Source: an uncultured Acidobacteriota bacterium | GTDB taxonomy: Bacteria; Acidobacteriota; Thermoanaerobaculia; UBA5066; Gp7-AA6 | Assembly: GCA_963825175.1 (NCBI GenBank) | Contig: CAWGSA010000001.1 | Location: forward strand, 1,116,706 to 1,180,705 | DNA: 64,000 bases | Direction: 5' to 3' | Part shown: in pieces, positions 26,342-38,568 of the stretch | Layout: every line of letters begins with the position of its first letter | How positions within the stretch are numbered: position 1 is the first letter of the stretch | Position numbers and translations under genes: made by a program | Notes under the pieces: generated by a model | Told to the model about the DNA's origin: nothing | Seen by the model: the letters and a program-made list of their open reading frames with translations, nothing else | Database searches by the model: none

Positions 26342-27601
26342 ATGGACCGATTCCCCATGACCGGCGCTTTCACCGAGCGCGTCCGCAATGCGTGGGTCGA
26401 GATGCGGGAGAACCTCGGCCGCGCCACCCTCCAGTCGCTCGGCGTGATGCTGGGAGTGGCCTCCGTCCTCGGGGGCTTCTCCATTTCCGACAGCCAGAGA
26501 AAACGCGCCGACGAGCTCTACATCCGCTTGGGCGGTCTGGACAAGTTGAACGTCCAGCCCTCCGCAGTGATCAAAGACGGCCAGCCCACGGCGCTGCAGA
26601 TGGCCAATCTCGGACTGCGCCGCGACGATGCCGACGAGGGACAGGGGCTCGACACCAAGGCGGTCAGCGGGGTCAGCCAGCAGAAATTCTTCCGGGCGCG
26701 GGTCCGGTCTCCCCAGGCCGACCAGGAGCGCCCGATCATCGGGATCGGAGGGGACTACCTTCCGATGGACGGCTACGCCATCGCGCGCGGGCGCGCCTTC
26801 ACCGCGGAGGACCTCGCGTCCGCCGCGCCGGTGGCCGTGCTGGGGACCGAGGCCGTGGAGACGTTCTTTCCCGACGGCCACGCTGTCGGCAAGACCCTGC
26901 GCGTCGGGGACACGCCGGTCCAGGTCGTGGGCGTCCTGCAGGAGCGCGTCTTTCGGTTTCGCAACTCGGGCCGCAACATCTTTCGCCGACGCAACCGCGT
27001 CATCGCGCTGCCGTCCACGCTGGTGGCGCGCCGGTTCCAGGGAGACCAGTATCACCGCCTCGACCGGGTGACGTTTCGCATCCGCGACCTGAACGCGATG
27101 GCGATCTTCTCCAAGAGCCTCTCGTCGATGTTGAAGGCGAACCACCGCCAGCAGGATGATTTCCGGCTGGACGACGTCGCGGCGCGGGTGCGCAAGGAGC
27201 AGAGCCAGGGCGACATCTACAACATCATCTTCATGCTCTCCGGCGTGCTCTCCCTGATCGGCGGAGGGCTGGTCAACGTCAACATCCAGATGGCGACGTT
27301 GAAGGAACGGGTCCGCGAGGTGGGCGTGAAGATGGCGATCGGCGCCTCGGGCCGCGAGGTCTTCAAGGAGTTCATGACCGAGGCGCTTCTCTTGACGGGG
27401 TTGGGCGGCGCCGTGGGGCTGGGCCTGGGAATCGCGTTTTCCAAGATCATCACCGCGTCGCTCGGAATCCCCCTGTTCATGCAGGGCAAGAGCTTCCTGT
27501 GGGCGTACTTCCTGGCCTCGGTCTTCGGCTTCTTCTTCGCGCTGTACCCGGCCTTCAAGGCCAGCCGCCTCTCTCCGATGGAGGCGCTGCACTATGAGTG
27601 A
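26342..27601 (+). CDS. ABC transporter permease (FtsX/MacB family)
   Basis: N-terminal TM, large periplasmic domain, and a C-terminal 3-TM FtsX domain. Starts MDRFPM. Confidence 0.75.
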   Translation: MDRFPMTGAFTERVRNAWVEMRENLGRATLQSLGVMLGVASVLGGFSISDSQRKRADELYIRLGGLDKLNVQPSAVIKDGQPTALQMANLGLRRDDADEGQGLDTKAVSGVSQQKFFRARVRSPQADQERPIIGIGGDYLPMDGYAIARGRAFTAEDLASAAPVAVLGTEAVETFFPDGHAVGKTLRVGDTPVQVVGVLQERVFRFRNSGRNIFRRRNRVIALPSTLVARRFQGDQYHRLDRVTFRIRDLNAMAIFSKSLSSMLKANHRQQDDFRLDDVAARVRKEQSQGDIYNIIFMLSGVLSLIGGGLVNVNIQMATLKERVREVGVKMAIGASGREVFKEFMTEALLLTGLGGAVGLGLGIAFSKIITASLGIPLFMQGKSFLWAYFLASVFGFFFALYPAFKASRLSPMEALHYE

Positions 27602-27813
27602 GGGAGGGATCGGTTTATCGGTTCATCGGTCCATCGGATCATTTGCCCGGATGGAGCGACCCCAGCCGAGATCAACCGATGAACCGATGGATAAATGGAC
27701 CGATTCCAGGGAGGGATCGGTTTATCGGTTCATCGGTCCATCGGATCATTTGCCCGGATGGAGCGACCCCAGCCGAGATCAACCGATGAACCGATGGATA
27801 AATGGACCGATTC
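27600..27813. repeat. perfect tandem duplication of a 107-bp unit built from CATCGG / CCGATG modules
   Basis: GGGAGGGATCGGTTTATCGGTTCATCGGTCCATCGGATCATTTGCCCGGATGGAGCGACCCCAGCCGAGATCAACCGATGAACCGATGGATAAATGGACCGATTCC occurs twice, at 27600-27706 and 27707-27813. The second copy runs into the start of the next gene. Confidence 0.85.
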
Positions 27814-29112
27814 CCCATGAGTAGCCTCGCCGTCCCCGCCGCCACACCGGCCGTCGAACGCCCCGTGCGTCGTCTGGGCATCCGCCAGCATCTCGCTCTG
27901 TACGGCGAGGTCGTGCGCGGGGGGTTCGTCGAGCTGTGGGCGCACAAGCTGCGGTCGACGCTGACGCTGACGCTTCTGATGCTCGGCGTCTTCGCGCTGG
28001 TCGTCATGACCTCGGTCCTCGACGGCGTGATGGACAAGATCGCGACGGGTTTTTCCGGCATGAGCTGGGATGGGACGATCCAGGTGTCGCCCAAGAGCCC
28101 GGAGACGACCGAGGAGCAGAAGCGGTTCGCCATGAGTCCCGGCCTGCGCTACGAGGATCTGTCCCGAATCGCCGCGCCGCATCCCAAGGTCCTCGGGTAC
28201 ATCCCGCGGGCCCAGAAGACTTCCGCCGTCCGCGTCGCCGGCGGCAGCGAGCGCATGTTCGTGATGGGCGTGAGGCACGATTACGCCAGCCTGATGAACC
28301 GGCCCATCGGACTGGGCCGGGGACTGACCGAGGACGACGAGCGCCGCCACTCGACCGTCGCCGTGGTCGGCGCGACCCTGGCCTCCAAGCTCTTCGGCGG
28401 TTCCGACCCCGTTGGGCGCGACATCACGGTCGAAGGGGTCCCGTTTCGCGTCGTCGGCGTCCAGGCGCCGGGGCAGCTCTTCTCCGACGAGAACTGGTAC
28501 GACGCCAACGGAATCCAGATTCCGCTCGAGACGTACATGGACCGGATCGATCCGGACCACAAGCTCGCGCAGCTCTCCGTCAAATTGAAGAAGAAGAAGG
28601 ATCTGGGCGAAGTCTCGGCGATGCTCCTGGCGCGGACCCGGGAGGCCCACCACGGGATCGAAGACGTGGAGATCGTGGACCTGGAAGCCGAGGGCGCCCG
28701 CTCCTGGCAGAACTTCCTGAACCAGATGCACGGATGGACGGTCGTCCTGATGAGCCTGGCCGGGACGGTTCTCTTAGTCGGAGGCGTGGGGATCCTGTCG
28801 GTCATGCTCATCTCGTTCTCCGACCGGCGCTACGAGATCGGCTTGCGCAAGGCCATGGGCGCGTCCGACGGGGAGGTGTTCGTGCAGTTTCTCCTGGAGG
28901 CGTGCGTGCTCGCGGCGGTCGGGGCCTCGGTCGGAACGTTCTTCGGATGGGGCCTTTGCACCGCTCTCGCCTCCAAGTTCCCGTACGGGCTGGTGGTCAA
29001 TCCCGTCGGTCTCGTCGTGGCATGGGGCTCGGCGCTCCTTCTGGCCGTCGTCTTCGGCATGTATCCGGCCGTGCGCGCGTCGCGGCTGTCGCCGATGGAG
29101 GCGATGAGGTAA
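27802..29112 (+). CDS. ABC transporter permease (FtsX/MacB family), second copy
   Basis: Same architecture as the 26342 gene. Also starts MDRFPM, preceded by the identical ggaccgattccccatga leader. Confidence 0.75.
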   Translation: MDRFPMSSLAVPAATPAVERPVRRLGIRQHLALYGEVVRGGFVELWAHKLRSTLTLTLLMLGVFALVVMTSVLDGVMDKIATGFSGMSWDGTIQVSPKSPETTEEQKRFAMSPGLRYEDLSRIAAPHPKVLGYIPRAQKTSAVRVAGGSERMFVMGVRHDYASLMNRPIGLGRGLTEDDERRHSTVAVVGATLASKLFGGSDPVGRDITVEGVPFRVVGVQAPGQLFSDENWYDANGIQIPLETYMDRIDPDHKLAQLSVKLKKKKDLGEVSAMLLARTREAHHGIEDVEIVDLEAEGARSWQNFLNQMHGWTVVLMSLAGTVLLVGGVGILSVMLISFSDRRYEIGLRKAMGASDGEVFVQFLLEACVLAAVGASVGTFFGWGLCTALASKFPYGLVVNPVGLVVAWGSALLLAVVFGMYPAVRASRLSPMEAMR

Positions 29113-29500
29113 ACGTCGCCTCCGCTGCGCGGCGGGATCTGCGGCTTCGGCCGCACCGGTGTCCGGCTCGGCCAAAGGCCTCGACCGGACGCCTGAGCCC
29201 GCCGCTTCGCTCCGGCTCCCGCGACGCGAGCCGTTTCGCTCGGTCAACTTCGCGAAACTTGGTCGCGTCGCGAAGGACCAACCAAGCCCGAAACCAACGT
29301 CGCCTCCGCTGCGCGGCGGGATCTGCGGCTTCGGCCGCACCGGTGTCCGGCTCGGCCAAAGGACCTCGACCGGACGCGAAGGCACCAACCAAGCCCGAAA
29401 ACCGGTGTCCGGCTCGGCCAAAGGCCTCGAGCGGTCGCCTGAGCCCGCGGCTCCGCGACGGCACCCCGAAGCCAGGCCCGTTTCCGGGGCCCTGAGGCAC
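29110..29500. repeat. three tandem copies of the REP/MITE-like structured repeat
   Basis: Hairpin cores GGTGTCCGG-CTCGGCCAAAGGCCTCGA-CCGGACGCC at 29158-29193, 29342-29377 and 29404-29440. The module CGGCGGGATCTGCGGCTTCGGCCGCACCGG repeats at 29126 and 29304. The GCTCCGGCTCCCGCGACGCGAGCCGTTTCGC module is at 29204. Confidence 0.8.
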
Positions 29501-29508
29501 GAATCGCA

Positions 29509-29533
29509 ACTAACAATACTTGTATTGTTAGCC
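29509..29533. other. perfect 10-bp inverted repeat CTAACAATAC-tt-GTATTGTTAG in an AT-rich island between convergent genes
   Basis: Read directly: gaatcgcaactaacaatacttgtattgttagccggc. Confidence 0.5.
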
Positions 29534-29602
29534 GGCGCGGTCACCGCTCTTCCTGGAGGAACTCCTTCAACTGCTGCGCGGCTAGGGTGCGATCGGCTCG
29601 GC

Positions 29603-30289
29603 TCAGCTGATGGGGATGACGATGGTCGGATGGGCGCCACGGCGGGCCGTGTTGGCGCCGGCCGGGGCCGGACCGATTTCCAGGCGGCCGACCCGCGGAT
29701 TCCAGAAGGCCATGACCACCCCGGACGGCAGGCGCGTGTCGAGGAGCCACTGCCACTGCGAGCGGGCGGCGTCCGGGGCGTAGAGATCGAACCGGTGGTC
29801 GCCGTTGGCTTCGCACAGAAGCCTCTGCAGAACCAGGTACTCGGGAACGGTCAGGCCGTTCCACCCCATCGCCGCGAAGAGCTTGTCCAGATCGGGCGGG
29901 CTCTTCTCGCGCGTCTCGCGCGGAAACGGACTCGTCCGGTACATCAAGAGATAGGCCCCGGCCGGGCGGTTGCGGGACGGAGCGGTCTTCAGGTTCCACA
30001 ACTCCGGCAGCGACGACGCGCTGTACTGCTCGCTCCTGGACAGGCCAAAAGCGGGGGCGATGGCGAGCTGCTTGACCATTGCGTCGAAGTGAATCTTCTG
30101 AGCCGCCATGGGCGGAAAAACGAAGGCCGCGTCGAATCCCTCGCCCAGGGCCTGGTCGAAACGGCTTTGACGCTCCGGACCGAGGTCGATGGCGGGCGGC
30201 AGTTCCTTGGCCAGCGCGACGAGCTCATGGCTCCGGAAAAACGCAGCGCTCGCCGCCAGCGACGTCTTGGGGTCGGTCTGTCGTTTCAC
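29603..30289 (-). CDS. hypothetical protein
   Basis: 228-aa ORF downstream of the kinase gene. No motif recognised. Confidence 0.4.
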   Translation of the reverse strand: MKRQTDPKTSLAASAAFFRSHELVALAKELPPAIDLGPERQSRFDQALGEGFDAAFVFPPMAAQKIHFDAMVKQLAIAPAFGLSRSEQYSASSLPELWNLKTAPSRNRPAGAYLLMYRTSPFPRETREKSPPDLDKLFAAMGWNGLTVPEYLVLQRLLCEANGDHRFDLYAPDAARSQWQWLLDTRLPSGVVMAFWNPRVGRLEIGPAPAGANTARRGAHPTIVIPIS

Positions 30290-30418
30290 CTTTGGAGCCT
30301 CCCGGGTCGACCCTCTTCGCCGTCGGTTCGAGCGCGGCGCCCGCCGGCGACGCGAAGATTAGCAGGTTGGCCGGAGACCGGTACGGCGTCGAGGGGCCGA
30401 CGCCGATCTGCTCCGGCG

Positions 30419-33142
<2,724 letters not shown>

Positions 33143-33299
33143 GCGAGCTCGATGCTACCGCAGGGACGAAAGCCCGGGCTGCGGTGATCAGGAGAGCGGT
33201 GCCGCCGACGAAGGTGTCGGATTCCGCCATGACCTGAAATCCGAAAATCTTCGTACTCAGCCCTAACCTTTTTCATTCCGATACGTCTAAAACACTCGA

Positions 33300-35561
33300 A
33301 TGGCGGTTGGAGGGGGGAGGCTCGCTCTGGCGGGGGCGTGCTGCATGGCAGCGCTCGCGCCAGCGGTGGCCCGCGGGCAGGCCGATCCGGGCAAGCCCGA
33401 GATCCACATCACGCGCGCGCGGGGAGCGATCACGGTCGACGGCGATCTCTCGGATCCTGGATGGAAGGCAGCGACGAAGATCGAGACGTTCTTCGAGACG
33501 AACCCCGGCGACAACGTGCCTCCCAAGGTCAAGACCGTGGGGTATCTGACGTACGACGATCACGCTCTCTACGCCGCCTTCGAGTTCTTCGATCCCGATC
33601 CGTCCAAGATCCGCGCCCCGTACGGCGACCGCGACGACGTGCCGAGCTACACCGACTACGGCGGCATCATCCTGGACACTCGCAACGATCACCGCACGGG
33701 AGTGCTGTTGCTGGTCAACCCCCGCGGCATCCAGTACGACTCGATCACCGACGACACCACGGGAAACGAGGACAGCTCGCCCGACTTCTACTGGGACTCG
33801 GCGACGAAGATCACCGCGCACGGATGGGTGCTCGAGATGCGGGTGCCCTTCTCGTCGCTGCGCTATCCGCGAACCGACCCGCAGACCTGGGGCATCCTCC
33901 TCTACCGCAACTACCCGCGGGACTTTCGTTATCAGATGTTCTCGGCCACGCTGCCCCGGGGGGGCAACTGTTTCATCTGCCGGAGCAACCCGCTGACCGG
34001 CCTGGAGCATCTGCCGCCGGCCGGCCATCTGGTCGTCGCGCCGTACGCCACGCTCAAGGAGGACGCCGTGCCGCGGGGCGACATCGGCTCCTCGATCGTG
34101 CAGAAGCCGATTCGGGGAAACGGCGGCGTCGACGCGAAGTGGACGCCCAACGAGAACAACGCCATCGACGCGACGCTGAACCCGGACTTTTCGCAGGTCG
34201 AGTCCGACGTCGCCCAGGTCGCCGTCAACCAGCGCTTCGCCCTCTTCTATCCGGAAAAGCGGCCGTTCTTCCTGGAGGACCTGGAGCTCTTCTCGACGCC
34301 GATCCAGGCCGTCTACACGCGCAGCATCACGTCACCGCGATGGGGCCTGCGCGCGACCGGCAAGTTCGACTCCAACCAGTACACCGCCTTCGTGGCCGAG
34401 GACCGCGGCGGCGGGAGCGTGATCCTCCCCGGCCCCAACGGCTCGAGCTTCGCCAACCAGGACTTCTCCTCGTTCGTCGGCATGGGAAGAATCCGCCACG
34501 ACTTCGGGAAGTCCTTCGCCAGCTTTCTGATCGCGGACCGGGAGGTGACCGGGGGCGGCTACAACCGCGTGTACGGGCCGGATTTTCAGTGGCGGGCCGG
34601 CGACCACGATACGGTCACCGGACAGTTCCTTCTCTCCAACACCCAGACTCCCAACCGCCCCGACCTCGCGGACCAGTGGACCGGCAACCGGCTCGACTCG
34701 CACGCCGGGGACGCCTGGTACTCCCACAGCGGTCTGCACTGGGACTGGTTCACCGAGTACAAGGACTACGGCGACGGCTTTCGAGCCGACGACGGCTTCG
34801 TGCCCCAGGTCGGCTACCGGGAGAACTATCTCGAGACCGGCTACACCGTTCATCCGACGAACTTCCCTGTCTCGCGGCTGCGGACGTACCTGATCGCCGA
34901 CTACCAGGCCGACACCGACGGCCACCTGATCAGCCGGGAGATCTCGCCCGGCTTCGGCATGGACGGCGTGTGGAACTCGTTCACGCGCATCCGGTACGCG
35001 TTCGACCGCGTGCGCGCCGGATCACGGACGTTTCCCCGCCAGCAGCTGGTCTACCAGACGCAGTTCTCCCCTTCCCGATGGATCTCCCAGATCGTCATTC
35101 AAGGATCGGTGGGCCAGCAGATCGACTTCGACAACTCGCGGGCCGGCACCGGCGCGGACATCAACGTGCAGGCCACGCTGCGCCCGACCTTCCACCTCGC
35201 GCTCGGGCTGGTGGCGGAGGAGAGCTGGGTCGACGTCGACGTCCAGGATGGACGCGGCTCGCGGCGGCTCTTCACGGCCGACATCGGGCGGTTGAAGGCC
35301 ACCTACACCTTCACGGCCCGCGCCTTCCTGAGATTGATCGGGCAGTACGTCGCGACGCGCCGCGATCCCTCCCTCTACACCTTCGCGGTCAACCGTAAAG
35401 ACGGCGACTTCGCCGGCTCCGCGCTGTTCGCCTACAAGCTCAACTGGCAGACGGTGATGTTCCTCGGCTACGGGGACAACCGCACGCTCGACGACAACCA
35501 GCGCTGGGCCAAAGCCGACCGGCAGTTCTTCCTGAAGCTCTCCTACGCCTTCCAGAAATAG
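33300..35561 (+). CDS. DUF5916 / carbohydrate-binding family 9-like domain protein (secreted)
   Basis: Signal peptide. ITVDGDLSDPGWKAA is a CBM9-like start. 753 aa. Confidence 0.5.
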   Translation: MAVGGGRLALAGACCMAALAPAVARGQADPGKPEIHITRARGAITVDGDLSDPGWKAATKIETFFETNPGDNVPPKVKTVGYLTYDDHALYAAFEFFDPDPSKIRAPYGDRDDVPSYTDYGGIILDTRNDHRTGVLLLVNPRGIQYDSITDDTTGNEDSSPDFYWDSATKITAHGWVLEMRVPFSSLRYPRTDPQTWGILLYRNYPRDFRYQMFSATLPRGGNCFICRSNPLTGLEHLPPAGHLVVAPYATLKEDAVPRGDIGSSIVQKPIRGNGGVDAKWTPNENNAIDATLNPDFSQVESDVAQVAVNQRFALFYPEKRPFFLEDLELFSTPIQAVYTRSITSPRWGLRATGKFDSNQYTAFVAEDRGGGSVILPGPNGSSFANQDFSSFVGMGRIRHDFGKSFASFLIADREVTGGGYNRVYGPDFQWRAGDHDTVTGQFLLSNTQTPNRPDLADQWTGNRLDSHAGDAWYSHSGLHWDWFTEYKDYGDGFRADDGFVPQVGYRENYLETGYTVHPTNFPVSRLRTYLIADYQADTDGHLISREISPGFGMDGVWNSFTRIRYAFDRVRAGSRTFPRQQLVYQTQFSPSRWISQIVIQGSVGQQIDFDNSRAGTGADINVQATLRPTFHLALGLVAEESWVDVDVQDGRGSRRLFTADIGRLKATYTFTARAFLRLIGQYVATRRDPSLYTFAVNRKDGDFAGSALFAYKLNWQTVMFLGYGDNRTLDDNQRWAKADRQFFLKLSYAFQK

Positions 35562-35574
35562 CCGCGGTGCCGGG

Positions 35575-37062
35575 GTGAGGGGGGCAAGTCTCCCCTCGTG
35601 TTCCACGGGCGCGGCGCGGTTGGCCTATGGCAGACTCGTCGGCGTGGGCCGATCCGTGGCAATTCTGCTCGGTCTCCTTCTCGGCGCCGGGGCCTCGGCC
35701 GGCGCGACGCGGCGCATCGTCGTCCAGGACGTCACCGTGATCGACGGGAGCGGCGGACCGGCTCTGCCTCACCGGGACGTCCGGATCGAAGGCTTCCGGA
35801 TCTCGGGAATCGCTCCGACCGGCGCCATTGCGCCGACGAGGGGGGCCGAGGTTCTGGACGGACGGGGAAGGTTTCTCGTTCCCGGTTTCGTGGACATGCA
35901 TGCCCACGTCACGTATCTGGAATGGACGCGCGACGCCGAGGGACGCTCTATCGGCGTCTACGACCGCGCCACGACGGAGAAGGCGTTGAAGCTCCTGCTC
36001 GCCTTCGGCGTGACGACGGTGCGCAATCCCGGAGCTCCGGCCGAGGAGGCGGTGCGGCTGCGGGAGGACCTCGCTCACGGACGCGTGATCGGACCGAAGC
36101 TCTTCACCGCCGGGGAGCCGCTCGACCGCGCCGCCGACTTCGACGGGTTGATGCGCCCGGTCGGCAGCGTCGAGGACGTGCGCCGCGAGGTCGCGCGCCA
36201 GGCGAAGATCGGCGTCGACTTCATCAAGCTCTACGCCGGACTGCCGCCGGCGCTGGTCGCGGCAGGGATCGCCGAAGCCCACGGGCACGGCCTGAAGGCG
36301 ATCGGCCACCTGCAGGCGACTTCGTGGAGGGAGGCCGCCGACCTCGGCATCGACGGTCTGTGCCACGGCGCCTCGTGGGCCCCGGAGGAGCTTGCGCCCG
36401 AGCGGCGCGAGGCGTACCGCCGCGCCGTTGCGTCCCGGGGCCCGATGAAGGCGCGGCTCGACTGGCTCGACGCGGCCGAGCCGCACGGCCGCGTCCTGAC
36501 CGCCACGATCCGGTCGCTGGTCAATCACGGCGTCTCGGTCGACCCGACCCTGGTGGCCTACGAGTCCAAGTTCAAAGGCGACGATCCGAAATACACGGAA
36601 AGCGCCGATCTGGAGCTGGCTCCGGGCCCGATGCGGGCCTCCTTCCCCAGGATCTCCTTCGTTTCAGACTGGTCCGTCCACGAGTTCCAGCGGGGCCACG
36701 ATCTCTGGAGCAAGATGATGACCCTCGCCCGCCTGTACTCGGAGGACGGCGTCCTCCTGACGGTGGGATCCGACGAGCCCAACGCCTGGCTCGTTCCCGG
36801 TCCGAGCTTCCACCGGGAGATGGCGTTGCTGGTCGAAGCCGGGATCGCTCCCCGCGAGGTCCTGAAGATGGCGACCGCCAACGCGGCCCGGGCTCTGGGG
36901 ATCGCCTCCCGCGCCGGCACGATCGAGGCCGGCAAGCGGGCCGATCTGGTTCTTCTCTCCGCCGATCCGACCGCCGACATCGCCAACACCCGCAAGATCG
37001 AGTGGGTCATGAAGGCCGGGGACCGGTACGATCCGCAGAAGCTGCTGGCCCAGGCCCGGTAG
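35575..37062 (+). CDS. amidohydrolase family protein
   Basis: Signal peptide. GFVDMHAHV metal-binding HxH motif and C-terminal ...GSDEPNAW... motif. Confidence 0.75.
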   Translation: MRGASLPSCSTGAARLAYGRLVGVGRSVAILLGLLLGAGASAGATRRIVVQDVTVIDGSGGPALPHRDVRIEGFRISGIAPTGAIAPTRGAEVLDGRGRFLVPGFVDMHAHVTYLEWTRDAEGRSIGVYDRATTEKALKLLLAFGVTTVRNPGAPAEEAVRLREDLAHGRVIGPKLFTAGEPLDRAADFDGLMRPVGSVEDVRREVARQAKIGVDFIKLYAGLPPALVAAGIAEAHGHGLKAIGHLQATSWREAADLGIDGLCHGASWAPEELAPERREAYRRAVASRGPMKARLDWLDAAEPHGRVLTATIRSLVNHGVSVDPTLVAYESKFKGDDPKYTESADLELAPGPMRASFPRISFVSDWSVHEFQRGHDLWSKMMTLARLYSEDGVLLTVGSDEPNAWLVPGPSFHREMALLVEAGIAPREVLKMATANAARALGIASRAGTIEAGKRADLVLLSADPTADIANTRKIEWVMKAGDRYDPQKLLAQAR

Positions 37063-37087
37063 AGGGTCGAAAGCGGAGAGCCGCCCG

Positions 37088-37999
37088 TTGCGCATGCAGG
37101 CCCTGGTCTTCGAGGACGGTCGCGCCGGCGTCCGCTCCGTCGACCGGCCGGCGCCGCGACGCGGACTCGCCCTGGTGCGCGTCACCCTGTCGGGCATCTG
37201 CAACACGGATCTCGAGCTCCAGCGCGGGTACCACGGATTCTCCGGGATTCCCGGCCACGAGTTCGTGGGCGTGGTGGTCGGTCCCCGAGGATCCCGGCTC
37301 CTGGGACAGCGCGTGGTCGGCGAGATCAATCTCTCCTGCCGCCGGTGCGGCTGGTGCCGCCGCGGTTGGGGCCGCCACTGCCCCCGGCGGACCGTGCTCG
37401 GCATCCTCGAGCATCCGGGCGCGCACGCCGAGTTCCTGACGCTTCCGGAACACAATCTCCATATTGTTCCGGCGGGAATCGCCGACGAAGAGGCCGTGTT
37501 CGCGGAGCCTTTGGCCGCGGCCTGCGAGATTCTCGATCAGGTCGACGTCATCCGCGGGACGCGCGCGGCGGTTCTGGGTCCGGGCAAGCTCGGAACGCTC
37601 TGCGCGGCGGTCCTGGCCCGGGCCGGGGCGCACGTCGCCGTGCTCGGCCGATCGGACCGCGCCCGCTCCGGCTCATTCGACCTGGTGGTCGAGGCGACCG
37701 GCTCGCCCCAGGGCATGCCCCGGGCCATCGAGCTCGTCCGGCCCCGCGGCACGATCGTCTGGAAGTCGACCCATCATGCGCCGGCGCGGTTCGACGCCGC
37801 GCCCGTCATCGTCCACGAGGTGACCATCGTGGGAAGCCGCTGCGGGCGCTTCGAGCCGGCGCTCGACCTGCTGCGGCGCCGGAAGGTGGACGTGCGCGGT
37901 CTGCTCTGGGCCGAGTTTCCGCTGTCGAAGGCGGCGCGCGCTCTGGCCGCCGCGGCCCGTCCCGGCGTGCGCAAGGTCATTCTGCGCCCCGGTGCCTGA
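37088..37999 (+). CDS. zinc-binding alcohol dehydrogenase family protein (MDR superfamily)
   Basis: GICNTDLE...GHEFVGVV catalytic Zn site, structural Zn Cys cluster CRRCGWC, Rossmann VLGPGKLG. Confidence 0.75.
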   Translation: MRMQALVFEDGRAGVRSVDRPAPRRGLALVRVTLSGICNTDLELQRGYHGFSGIPGHEFVGVVVGPRGSRLLGQRVVGEINLSCRRCGWCRRGWGRHCPRRTVLGILEHPGAHAEFLTLPEHNLHIVPAGIADEEAVFAEPLAAACEILDQVDVIRGTRAAVLGPGKLGTLCAAVLARAGAHVAVLGRSDRARSGSFDLVVEATGSPQGMPRAIELVRPRGTIVWKSTHHAPARFDAAPVIVHEVTIVGSRCGRFEPALDLLRRRKVDVRGLLWAEFPLSKAARALAAAARPGVRKVILRPGA

Positions 38000-38034
38000 A
38001 GCGATATCCTCTTGCCCATTCGGAGGGAACCGCG

Positions 38035-38568
38035 ATGAAGCGAGCGAGCCTGACTCTGGCGACTTTCTTGGCCTGCACCATGGCAGCCCTGGCCCTGGAC
38101 GGCATGGCGGGCGGCGTGAAGTGGACGGTCCCGGGATCCTGGAAGGCGCAGGCCGCGCGGCCCATGCGCGTGGCGACCTACGACATTCCGGCGGCCCCCG
38201 GCGCCGAGGCCGGAGAATGCGGCGTCTTCTACTTTGGCACCGGCCAGGGCGGCGGCGTCGACGAGAACATCGCGCGTTGGGCTCAGCAGTTCGAGAACGC
38301 GCCGGCTCCCAGGAAGACCGCGAAGACCGTGCACGACCTGAAGGTCCACTTAGTCGAGGTGGCGGGAACCTACCTCGCCCCTTCCGGCCCGATGATGCAG
38401 TCCGCGGGGAAGAAACCCAACTCCCGCCTGCTCGGTGCGATCATCGAGGCGCCGCACGGGCTGGTGTTCTTCAAGTGCGTCGGCCCGGCCGCCACCATCG
38501 CCAAGGCGCAGCCCGAGTTCGATCGTCTGGTGGCCTCGCTCGCCAAGTCGCCGGGAACGGCTTTGTGA
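38035..38568 (+). CDS. hypothetical secreted/lipoprotein
   Basis: ATG at 38035 with SD GGAGGGA 7 nt upstream. Signal peptide MKRASLTLATFLACTMAALA. Confidence 0.45.
   Translation: MKRASLTLATFLACTMAALALDGMAGGVKWTVPGSWKAQAARPMRVATYDIPAAPGAEAGECGVFYFGTGQGGGVDENIARWAQQFENAPAPRKTAKTVHDLKVHLVEVAGTYLAPSGPMMQSAGKKPNSRLLGAIIEAPHGLVFFKCVGPAATIAKAQPEFDRLVASLAKSPGTAL

Noticed and set aside
27600-27813. Possible CRISPR array, given the tandem direct repeats
   Set aside because: There are only two 107-bp units with no unique spacers, and no cas genes. The other arrays use 8-19-bp units without spacers. The REP copies are irregularly spaced.
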